Below are positions 28,284 through 36,298 of a stretch of 63,861 nucleotides of DNA, one piece after another. The first letter of the stretch is position 1. Every line of letters begins with the position of its first letter. Location: contig NZ_DAIESY010000042.1 in assembly GCF_027346185.1 (NCBI RefSeq), forward strand, positions 1 through 63,861, written 5' to 3'. Under the pieces are notes generated by a model. The model was not told the DNA's origin. It ran no database searches and saw only the letters and a list, made by a program, of their open reading frames with translations. The DNA comes from Halothiobacillus sp. GTDB taxonomy: Bacteria; Pseudomonadota; Gammaproteobacteria; Halothiobacillales; Halothiobacillaceae. A program made the translations under genes and the position numbers.

Positions 28284-28589
28284 TTAAGCAGTTTCGGTTG
28301 CTGTGTCGCTTTTGCCCAGGTTGGTAGTGTATGCGATCGTTACTTTGTCGCCTTTTTTGCCTGGAACTTTGAAGTTGATGTAGGGGTTCTTGGAAACCGC
28401 TACGGACAAGTTCGCTTCTACGGCTGTTTTGTCATTGACAGAAACGGTCATAGTCTGGATGAAGTCGGCCGGAATCAGTTTGCCGGTGGCCTTGTCTTTC
28501 ACACGGCCGGATTCCATCGCCTGCTGGATCAGGCTTTTAACGTCAAGAACGTCGCCGGCGGTACTAATACGCATTTTGATAGTTGACAT
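28284..28589 (-). CDS. soxZ: Thiosulfate oxidation carrier complex protein SoxZ
   Basis: MESGRVKD..GKLIPADFIQ, AVSKNPY; directly downstream of soxY. Confidence 0.93.
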   Translation of the reverse strand: MSTIKMRISTAGDVLDVKSLIQQAMESGRVKDKATGKLIPADFIQTMTVSVNDKTAVEANLSVAVSKNPYINFKVPGKKGDKVTIAYTTNLGKSDTATETA

Positions 28590-28646
28590 GGTTTGTAACC
28601 TCGTTAATTCGTCATTTAGGTAAAGTCAATCAGAGAGCAGAGCGAA

Positions 28647-29120
28647 TTAACCGCCGCAACCACCGATGGTAACCTTAACTTGCTTCTCAGCCATGTACAG
28701 CTTGCCGCCAGCGTGAGCTACACCGATCACGTTGTCGGTTTTGCCCATACGGATACGGGTTGACGCGAAAGGTTGAGCACCAACGAACTTGAAGTTGGCG
28801 ACCAGCGGAGTCGGGTTGCCTTTAACCAGGATCGCGATGTTGTCGGTACCAGCAACAGCAGATTCGATGGTGACAGGAACAACAGCGCCGTTTTCAGCGA
28901 TGTCTGGAGCCTTAACGGTAACGTCTTTAGACTCTGTTGGAGCGCCAGCGCTGCCGAACAGGTCGCTCAGAGACTCGTCAAAGCCTTTAGTGTTGTACGC
29001 TTTCTCTGGCCAAGTAGCGGCCAAAACAGCGCGCGGGGTCAACAGGCCGGCGCCAACAGCCAGGCCAACTGCACTGGCAGCCATGCTGCCTTTCAAAAAT
29101 ACACGACGATTAGATTTCAT
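28647..29120 (-). CDS. soxY: Thiosulfate oxidation carrier protein SoxY
   Basis: Tat signal NRRVFLK, APDIAENGAVVP, C-terminal VKVTIGGCGG swinging arm. Confidence 0.97.
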   Translation of the reverse strand: MKSNRRVFLKGSMAASAVGLAVGAGLLTPRAVLAATWPEKAYNTKGFDESLSDLFGSAGAPTESKDVTVKAPDIAENGAVVPVTIESAVAGTDNIAILVKGNPTPLVANFKFVGAQPFASTRIRMGKTDNVIGVAHAGGKLYMAEKQVKVTIGGCGG

Positions 29121-29167
29121 GGATCTGAGCTCCTCATTGTTGTGTGGAATACCACGCTAATAGTTAA

Positions 29168-29184
29168 AGCATGTGACGTGCCAA
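29168..29184 (-). promoter_or_regulatory. Sigma54 (-24/-12) promoter of soxYZ
   Basis: Minus strand TTGGCACGTCACATGCT with exact GG-N10-GC spacing, about 48 nt upstream of the soxY ATG. Confidence 0.85.
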
Positions 29185-29188
29185 TTAT

Positions 29189-29201
29189 TAAATTATTGAT
29201 A
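29189..29201 (-). promoter_or_regulatory. IHF binding site
   Basis: TATCAATAATTTA is a perfect WATCAANNNNTTR match, in an AT-rich tract just upstream of the -24 element. Confidence 0.7.
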
Positions 29202-29231
29202 TTTAATGTATTTGCTTGGTGTTTTTCTGGA

Positions 29232-29251
29232 TTGCAAATTGCAAAGTGCAA
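29232..29251. promoter_or_regulatory. Candidate upstream activator sequences (enhancer)
   Basis: Overlapping palindromes TTGCA-AAT-TGCAA (29232-29244) and TTGCA-AAG-TGCAA (29239-29251). Confidence 0.5.
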
Positions 29252-29414
29252 TTTGTTGTTTTCATTTTGCGTTGAGAGGTGGTCGATGCGGCTGAGTGAA
29301 TTCCCAATCCGGTGAGGGCTTTGACCGACTGGTCATGCAGCGATAGATGCGTCATGATGTCCAAACACGAAGACGGCAGCAGGCACCAAAGGGCGTAAAT
29401 CAAGGAGTCGGGAC

Positions 29415-30473
29415 ATGAAGACGTTTGAATGTGGCAACTGCGGTCAGATCACTTTTTTTGAAAATGTGGTGTGTGAACACTGTGGCATGCCGCTCGGTTA
29501 TGTCACCGAGATACGCGCCATGGTTGCATTCCAGCCCGGTTCCGATCTGTTCTGGTCACCGGTCAACAGCGCTCTGGTCGAACGTTATCGCCCCTGCAAC
29601 AACTATGTATCCCAGCACATCTGCAACTGGATGGTGGCCGAATCGGATCAAAATGCCTGGTGCCGTAGTTGTCGTTTCACCGAGATGATTCCCGCGCTGT
29701 CCATACCTGAACATCTGCATCTCTGGTTCTTGCTGGAAGCGGCCAAGCGGCGATTGATTTATTCATTGATGCAGATCGGATTACCGATACCTGATCGAGA
29801 TAGGGATCCCGCGCGCGGGCTGAGTTTCAACTTTCTGGCGGATTACCCTCAGGAGCGGGTGCTGACCGGGCATCAGGATGGGGTGATCACATTGAATATC
29901 GATGAGGCGGATGACGTGGTACGAGAGCGCAAACGCAAACGCTTGGATGAGCCGTACCGAACCCTATTAGGTCACTTGCGGCACGAAATCGGTCATTATT
30001 ATTGGATGCTTTTGGTGGAAAACAGCCGTTGGATTAGTGGTTATCGCCAATGGTTTGGTGATGAGTGCGCAGATTATTCCGAAGCGATGGATGCCTACTA
30101 TAAAAACGGTGCACGTTCGGGCTGGCAAAACAACTATATCAGTGAGTACGCCACCATGCATCCCTGGGAGGATTGGGCCGAAACCTGGGCGCATTATCTG
30201 CATATCGTCGATGCGCTTGATACCGCGGCCAACTGGCGAGCCCGGATTGGCAGTGCTCAGCCGAGTTCACCGTTTCCAGAGGCATCAGCGCCGATGACCA
30301 TCGAGGCGTTCGAGGCTGCTCTGATGCGCGATTGGATGCCGTTTACCCTGTTTCTCAACAGCATGAATCGCAGCCTCGGCCAGAAGGACAGCTATCCCTT
30401 CGTGAATCCTGAAGCGGTAATTCGCAAGCTCTGTTTTATCCACGAAGTCGTGCTGGCTGCCCGTTTAGAGTAG
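29415..30473 (+). CDS. Putative zinc-binding metallopeptidase (N-terminal Zn ribbon + DUF2248-like domain)
   Basis: CGNC, CEHC, CNN..CNW, CRSC; LRHEIGHYYW (HExxH); YATMHPWEDWAETWAHYLH; AAGGAG RBS. Confidence 0.88.
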   Translation: MKTFECGNCGQITFFENVVCEHCGMPLGYVTEIRAMVAFQPGSDLFWSPVNSALVERYRPCNNYVSQHICNWMVAESDQNAWCRSCRFTEMIPALSIPEHLHLWFLLEAAKRRLIYSLMQIGLPIPDRDRDPARGLSFNFLADYPQERVLTGHQDGVITLNIDEADDVVRERKRKRLDEPYRTLLGHLRHEIGHYYWMLLVENSRWISGYRQWFGDECADYSEAMDAYYKNGARSGWQNNYISEYATMHPWEDWAETWAHYLHIVDALDTAANWRARIGSAQPSSPFPEASAPMTIEAFEAALMRDWMPFTLFLNSMNRSLGQKDSYPFVNPEAVIRKLCFIHEVVLAARLE

Positions 30474-30509
30474 ACAGACCCCCGCGTGCATTGAGGATCC
30501 TGTTCCGTA

Positions 30510-31889
30510 TCACACAGGAAAATCGTCTGGGGCCGATTGCTCGTAACTCTGCAGTTTCCGCCAGAGGGTGGACTTGTTGATGCCCAGCGTCTGTGCGGTT
30601 TTTTCACGATTGCCGTCGTATTCCTTGAGCAGTTTTTCGATATAACGCCGCTCAAGTACATCCAGTGTCGGATGATCGGTATCGATGGCCTCCGCACCGC
30701 CGGATGATTGGGGGCGAATCAGGGCCGATGCCCAAGGTGGCGTTGCCTCAGCTTCCTGATCCAACCGGATTTCGGCCTCGCTCGATAGCGCGACGGCGCG
30801 CTCGATCATATTTTTCAGCTCGCGGATGTTGCCCGGCCATGTGTACTCGAGAATGCGCGCCATGCATCTGGCATTGAAGCGTTCGGCAGGACGGTTATAG
30901 CGGGCCGCGAAGTGGCGGATAAAGTGATTGACGAGGATCGGGATGTCTTCCTTGCGTTCGCGCAGTGGCGGGATGCGCAGGCGGACGACGTGCAGGCGGT
31001 GATACAAATCGTGGCGGAAACTGCCTTGGGCAACCATCTGTGCGAGGTCGCGGTTGCTGGCGACAATGAAACGGACGTCGATCTTGATGGGTGTGACTCC
31101 ACCGACGCGCGTGATTTGCTGTTCCTGAATCACGCGCAGCAGTTTGACCTGCATGGCATCTGAGATATTGCCGATTTCATCCAGAAATACCGTCCCGCCG
31201 CTGGCAACTTCAAGCAGACCGGGTTTGGTGCTGGAAGCGCCGGTATAAGCGCCTTTTTCGTGACCGAACAGTTCGTTTTCGAGCAGGGTGTCGGTCAGTG
31301 CACCGCAATCGATGACGATATAGGGTTTGTCAGCAAAATCGGAGCGATCATGAATGGCACGCGCGGCGAGTTCCTTGCCACTGCCGGATTCCCCTTCGAT
31401 CATCACATTGATGCGCACGTCGTGGATTTTGTCGATGACGCGATAGACACCGGCAATCGCGGGTGAGCTGCCCAACATGGCGCGTTCTGCTTCGGAGAAG
31501 TCGTGCGTATCTGGGTCGGGGTCCCTTCTCAATAACCGGTGGGTGAGCTGCACCAGATCTTCGGGGTCGTAGGGCTTTTTGATGAAATCGTTGGCACCCA
31601 GTCGCAGCGCATCAATGGCATTGTCGAGCGTCGAGTAACCGGTGATCAGGACAAATGGTACTTCGGTATCACGCTGCCGCAGCCAGGAGAGGAACTCCAA
31701 GCCGCTCATGCCCGGCATCTTGAGATCCGAAATGATCAGATCGGCCGGGTTGTTTTCCAGCCAGGGCTGGGCTGCCTCAACCGACTGGAATCCTTGCACC
31801 TGCAGGCCTTCGGTCTGGGCATAGCGGCTGAACAGCTCGCTGGCGCGAGGGTCGTCATCAATAAAGGCAATCAGCGGTAATTTGGTCAT
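30510..31889 (-). CDS. Sigma54-dependent response regulator (REC-AAA+-HTH), TspR-like candidate
   Basis: [57 protein letters not shown]. Confidence 0.93.
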   Translation of the reverse strand: MTKLPLIAFIDDDPRASELFSRYAQTEGLQVQGFQSVEAAQPWLENNPADLIISDLKMPGMSGLEFLSWLRQRDTEVPFVLITGYSTLDNAIDALRLGANDFIKKPYDPEDLVQLTHRLLRRDPDPDTHDFSEAERAMLGSSPAIAGVYRVIDKIHDVRINVMIEGESGSGKELAARAIHDRSDFADKPYIVIDCGALTDTLLENELFGHEKGAYTGASSTKPGLLEVASGGTVFLDEIGNISDAMQVKLLRVIQEQQITRVGGVTPIKIDVRFIVASNRDLAQMVAQGSFRHDLYHRLHVVRLRIPPLRERKEDIPILVNHFIRHFAARYNRPAERFNARCMARILEYTWPGNIRELKNMIERAVALSSEAEIRLDQEAEATPPWASALIRPQSSGGAEAIDTDHPTLDVLERRYIEKLLKEYDGNREKTAQTLGINKSTLWRKLQSYEQSAPDDFPV

Positions 31890-31944
31890 GGTTTTGTCTG
31901 AAATGAATTGGGTATCTGTTCGCAGGTCTTCGATGGCCTGAACA

Positions 31945-33927
31945 CTAGTGGCCAACACGTGGCCCGGATTTTTCACGTGGCAGGCACAAGAAGGCGCGCA
32001 CGCCGCTGCGGTCTTGGCGGTTCTCGATCTTAAGTGTACCGCCATGATATTGCACGATGCCAAGACTAATGGATAATCCAAGACCCGTGCCCTTGTCCAC
32101 GGATTTGGTGGTGAAGAAGGGGTCGAACACTTTATCCAGGGCTTCTGGTTCGATGCCTTTGCCATTGTCGAGTACTTCAATCTCTAAGGAATCGGGTTTG
32201 CAGTGGGCGGTGATGGTGATTTCACCCATCGGTGGCGAGGCATGTATGGCATTGCGCACCAGATTGAGCACGACCTGTCCGATCTGGTTCGGATCGAAGC
32301 TCGCCACACAATCCTGTTCATCCAGCGACAGGTTGAGGAAGACATCGGCTTCCATGGCTTCGGGTTGCAGTCGATCAATCAGATCGAGCAGCCACTGGGT
32401 GATCGGCGTGGGTTGATGATCGGGCGGAAGCTGGCGGGCGAAGTTCATCACGCCCCGCACGATATGACCCACCCGCAAGGCCTCGGCGCGCAGATCTTCA
32501 AGGTCGGCGTGTAATTCAGTTTTTTCGGACGGTAACTGGCGCTCCAGCAGGCGGGTCAGTGTGAGTATATTGTTGAGCGGATTGTTGATCTCATGCCCGA
32601 TGCCAGCCGCCATTTCACCGATGGAGGCGAGTTTGGCCTGTTGCAGCATTTGCCGTTCAGCAGCTTGCCGTTTGTGGGCTTCTTCGGTGAGATGTTCGGT
32701 CAGGTAGCGGAATGACTGCTGGAGTTGGCGAACTTCCGTGGTGCGCGAATCAACCGGGATGATTTCGTGCGGGTTGCCATCGGCAAAATGCTTGAGACTG
32801 AGCCCGAGTCGAGCTATCGGGCGAGAGAAATAACGGGCGCCCAAACCAGCCAGCAACAGGCTGATGCCCAGTGCGAGCAGCGTGAAGCCCCAAAGGCTGT
32901 GATGGATATCCTGAAAGGGAGCGGATGTGACGTCCGCTGGCGTCTTCAGCATAATGAACCACGACACCAGGCTGTACGGATACGGGTGGTATTCCTGGAA
33001 GTAGGTGCGGGTTTTCCCGTCTTGCGCCAGATATACGCCATTAGAGAGCGCCACGGCCGTTTGCCAGAACAGACCGTGGTCGATCGTCTGCGCGTATTGA
33101 GGATTGGTGTTCGGATTTGATTCTTCCGGTGTCACGAACAACCGGCCGGTCTGGTCGTTGTACAGAACCAGGCCATCGCGTTGCGGATTGCCGGGGTCGT
33201 GTTCGATCACCATGACATGACTGTTGCGCGGCTTGGGGGAAAGCGACAATATCTGATCGAGATATTCACCATAGGTGTTTAACACCACATAACCTGCGTG
33301 ATGATCACCGAAGTTCCTCAAGGGATAAACGCCGTACAACATGCTCGGAAATTGCCCGGGAGCAACATCCCAGAGCGAGGGCGGCAGCATGATGAAACTT
33401 ACATCTTCCATGGGCAGTGATTGGAGCTGATTGAGGAACGCGGGGTTGTCGAGTTCCTCTTCGACGTAGTTGACCTGGCTCAGGCTCTGGAACATGGGCG
33501 GCGCGGCCCGACCCAGCGTGGTCTTGACGACGGTATTGCCCGCCGCATCGAGAATGCGGATGCTGCCGAGACCAGGTACGGTGCGTTGCAACCCGGCCAG
33601 AAACGAGTTGGCGCGAATCCGGTCTGAAGTCAGATCGGAGTGGCGTATGCCCTCGGCGGAGGCAACCAGGACATTGAGCATGGTTTGAATGGGTTGGGAG
33701 TGGGCAATACCGCGCAAAACCTCGCGCTCATAACGCAGCCGGTTGTTGATTTCCCCCGTGAGCGACTGGATATTGTCGCCGATCTCACGGTTGACTTCTG
33801 ACTGGAACCGATGTTCGCTGAACGCGGTGACGCCCCAAACCAACGCCAGCACCGGCAGCAGCGTGGCGCCGAAGGTCCAGAGGAAAATGTTCACGGGAAG
33901 GCGCATGATGAACCGATGGGTTGCCAT
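31945..33927 (-). CDS. Membrane sensor histidine kinase with large periplasmic domain, TspS-like candidate
   Basis: Two TM segments, HAMP, AGIGHEINNPL, NLVRNA, DNGKG, FFTTK, GTGLGL. Start 33927 or 33906. Confidence 0.92.
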   Translation of the reverse strand: MATHRFIMRLPVNIFLWTFGATLLPVLALVWGVTAFSEHRFQSEVNREIGDNIQSLTGEINNRLRYEREVLRGIAHSQPIQTMLNVLVASAEGIRHSDLTSDRIRANSFLAGLQRTVPGLGSIRILDAAGNTVVKTTLGRAAPPMFQSLSQVNYVEEELDNPAFLNQLQSLPMEDVSFIMLPPSLWDVAPGQFPSMLYGVYPLRNFGDHHAGYVVLNTYGEYLDQILSLSPKPRNSHVMVIEHDPGNPQRDGLVLYNDQTGRLFVTPEESNPNTNPQYAQTIDHGLFWQTAVALSNGVYLAQDGKTRTYFQEYHPYPYSLVSWFIMLKTPADVTSAPFQDIHHSLWGFTLLALGISLLLAGLGARYFSRPIARLGLSLKHFADGNPHEIIPVDSRTTEVRQLQQSFRYLTEHLTEEAHKRQAAERQMLQQAKLASIGEMAAGIGHEINNPLNNILTLTRLLERQLPSEKTELHADLEDLRAEALRVGHIVRGVMNFARQLPPDHQPTPITQWLLDLIDRLQPEAMEADVFLNLSLDEQDCVASFDPNQIGQVVLNLVRNAIHASPPMGEITITAHCKPDSLEIEVLDNGKGIEPEALDKVFDPFFTTKSVDKGTGLGLSISLGIVQYHGGTLKIENRQDRSGVRAFLCLPREKSGPRVGH

Positions 33928-33935
33928 ATTTAGTT

Positions 33936-35138
33936 TTGGGGATTGAAATTATCACAACACGCGATTGGACACATTGGCTTGATACGCGCCGCGCCGAAGG
34001 GCTGGAGCGGCGATTGCGGGTCGGGCAGTCGCCACAGGGCGTCAGGATGCGGGTGGACGGGCGCGAACTCCTGACTTTTTGCAGCAACGACTATCTTGGT
34101 CTGGCCAATCACCCCGACATCGTGGCCGCCTTGCAGATGGGGGCGGCACGTTGGGGTGTGGGCTCGGGGGCGGCGCATCTGGTCAACGGACATTTCGAGC
34201 CGCACGATGCACTGGAATCCGCGTTGGCCGAGTGGTTGCGCGTCGACCGTAGCTTGCTGTTTTCCACAGGTTATATGGCGAATCTGGCCGTGGTGGGCGG
34301 TCTGGTTGGGCGTGGCGACACCGTGGTCGCCGACAAATTAAATCACGCCTCGCTGGTCGACGCCGCCCAGCTTTCCGGCGCGACCTTGCGGCGCTACCGC
34401 CACGGCGACATGGCCGATGCCCGACGCCTTTTGATGCGGGCGACCGGTACGCGAATGCTTCTGACCGATGGCGTATTCAGCATGGATGGCGACGTGGCAC
34501 CGTTGGCCGACTTGATGGCACTGGCGGAAGAATTTGATGCATGGCTCGTGGTTGATGATGCTCATGGCTTTGCCGTCTGGGGTGAGGCGGGGCGAGGTTC
34601 TTTGTCCGAGCTCGGGTTGATCGACGCGGGCGTGCCCGAATACCTCGTTCAGGTCGGTACGCTCGGCAAGGCGTTTGGCACGGCGGGGGCGTTTGTGGCC
34701 GGTGCGTCGCAGCCTGTCGAAGTGCTGTTGCAACGCGCGCGCAGTTACCTGTTCACCACCGCGCAGCCGCCTGCCCTGGCCGTGGCGACACTGGCGAGCC
34801 TTGCCATCGTGCAATCTGCAACTGACTTGCGAGCGAATTGGCGCACGCGCGTGGCGGAGTTCAAGCGGGGGCTGCCACCGGGCATCGAGTTGATGCCATC
34901 GGAAACGCCCATCCAGCCGGTACTGGTCGGCGACAGCACTCAGGCCGTTGCCTGGTCGACCCAGTTGGCGGATGCCGGATTATGGGTGCCGGCGATTCGC
35001 CCACCGACCGTGCCCCAGGGCGCGTCCCGGCTACGTGTCACGATCAGTGCGGCGCATACCCAGACACATGTAGTGCGCCTGACCAACGCATTGGAGGATC
35101 TTCTGGCGGAGAAGCCAAGATCGAAGCCGACGATATAA
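33936..35138 (+). CDS. bioF: 8-amino-7-oxononanoate synthase
   Basis: FCSNDYLGL, STGYMAN, NHASL, FSMDGD, DDAHG, TLGKAFG (PLP Lys), IRPPTVP. Start uncertain (no ATG at the expected N-terminus; TTG 33936 assumed). Confidence 0.95.
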   Translation: MGIEIITTRDWTHWLDTRRAEGLERRLRVGQSPQGVRMRVDGRELLTFCSNDYLGLANHPDIVAALQMGAARWGVGSGAAHLVNGHFEPHDALESALAEWLRVDRSLLFSTGYMANLAVVGGLVGRGDTVVADKLNHASLVDAAQLSGATLRRYRHGDMADARRLLMRATGTRMLLTDGVFSMDGDVAPLADLMALAEEFDAWLVVDDAHGFAVWGEAGRGSLSELGLIDAGVPEYLVQVGTLGKAFGTAGAFVAGASQPVEVLLQRARSYLFTTAQPPALAVATLASLAIVQSATDLRANWRTRVAEFKRGLPPGIELMPSETPIQPVLVGDSTQAVAWSTQLADAGLWVPAIRPPTVPQGASRLRVTISAAHTQTHVVRLTNALEDLLAEKPRSKPTI

Positions 35139-35300
35139 AAAAATGCTATAAATAGAGCCGGGCCTTGGTGCGTGAACACAACACCTGCCTGTTGTCAGAT
35201 GGCCGCTAATACGTCCTTGATCTGGCGGCGATTCGGTAGCCCACCTGTGGTGCATGTGGGGGCAGCTGAGGTTTTCGTCCCGGTCGATTGGAACGCTGTT

Positions 35301-35321
35301 ATTCTGGCAGAGGCTCCTTAA
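35301..35321. repeat. Solo right end of MITE family A
   Basis: ATTCTGGCAGAGGCTCC|TTAA matches the right end of the 2732-2884 element (15/17) and is followed by a YTAR site. Confidence 0.45.
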
Positions 35322-35407
35322 GTGAAGGCTTGCTTTTGACAGTTGGGTGTTTGGCCAGATTCTGGTCGGTTTATTCCCGCATCAGCGGGGCAACAGGAGT
35401 TCTTGAG

Positions 35408-36058
35408 ATGAAAAAAATCGTTGTATTCGGCGTGATGGCCGCCATGACTGTTCTGGCTGGCTGTGCACAAAATCCCTATCAGGGGCAATACGGCAAAACG
35501 GCAGGTGGCGCAACGATCGGTGCCGGTATCGGTGCGTTGGCCGGTAACCTCATCGCAGGTAGTGGTAACAAGACGGGCGGTACGCTGATCGGTGCTGCGG
35601 TAGGGGCAGGGGTCGGTGGTCTGATCGGCAACCAGATGGATAAACAGGCGGCACAGTTGCAGCAGCAAATGGCCAATACCGGTGTTGAGGTTCAGCGTCA
35701 GGGTGATGGCATCCATTTGCAGGCGCCCGAGGCAATCACCTTCAATACCAATAGCGCGACGCTGAAACCGCAGTTCATGCCCGTGTTGCAACAACTGGCG
35801 CAAAGCGTCAATCAGTATCCCGGCACGGTCGTGCGAGTAGAAGGCAATACCGACTCGACTGGCTCGGCGACATACAACCAGCAGCTTTCGCTCAATCGCG
35901 CGCAAAGTGTGGCCAGTGCGCTGTCACAGTATGGCGTGCCCTATAACCGCATTCAGGCGGTTGGTTACGGCATGACGCGCCCGATCGCCTCCAACGCGAC
36001 AGCAGCAGGCCGGGCGCAAAATCGCCGGGTCGATATCCTGATCGTCCCTGCACAGTAA
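35408..36058 (+). CDS. OmpA-family lipoprotein with glycine zipper (YiaD-like)
   Basis: AGGAG RBS; lipobox LAGC; Gly-zipper; GNTDSTGS..YNQQLS..RA..V; GRAQNRRVDI. Confidence 0.93.
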   Translation: MKKIVVFGVMAAMTVLAGCAQNPYQGQYGKTAGGATIGAGIGALAGNLIAGSGNKTGGTLIGAAVGAGVGGLIGNQMDKQAAQLQQQMANTGVEVQRQGDGIHLQAPEAITFNTNSATLKPQFMPVLQQLAQSVNQYPGTVVRVEGNTDSTGSATYNQQLSLNRAQSVASALSQYGVPYNRIQAVGYGMTRPIASNATAAGRAQNRRVDILIVPAQ

Positions 36059-36156
36059 AATTTTTGCTTAGTGGCGAGCAAAGGGGGACTTGTTCGCTGC
36101 CGAGTTGATTCTGTTTTCTGGTGGGAACCTTGAATAACCCCATTTTTGGGGTGCAT

Positions 36157-36187
36157 GGGCATCTCGAAAGGTTTTTTCGAGGTGCCC
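36157..36187. repeat. Collapsed copy of MITE family B (terminal repeats only)
   Basis: GGGCATCTCGAAAGGTTTTTTCGAGGTGCCC corresponds to the two TIRs of the 45935-46076 element joined with no interior. Confidence 0.65.
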
Positions 36188-36298
36188 TATGATTTTCGGT
36201 CAAGTTATATTCGGCTTGTCTTGCATGGATTCTGATTTCTCCGACACTAATCGGTGTCTGAGTTGATTGGTTCCAACCCTGATTTAAAGGTCTTTTTT

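Noticed and set aside
31890-32180. N-terminal extension of the sigma54 regulator ORF
   Set aside because: Overlaps the kinase 3' end; the REC domain starts at ATG 31889.
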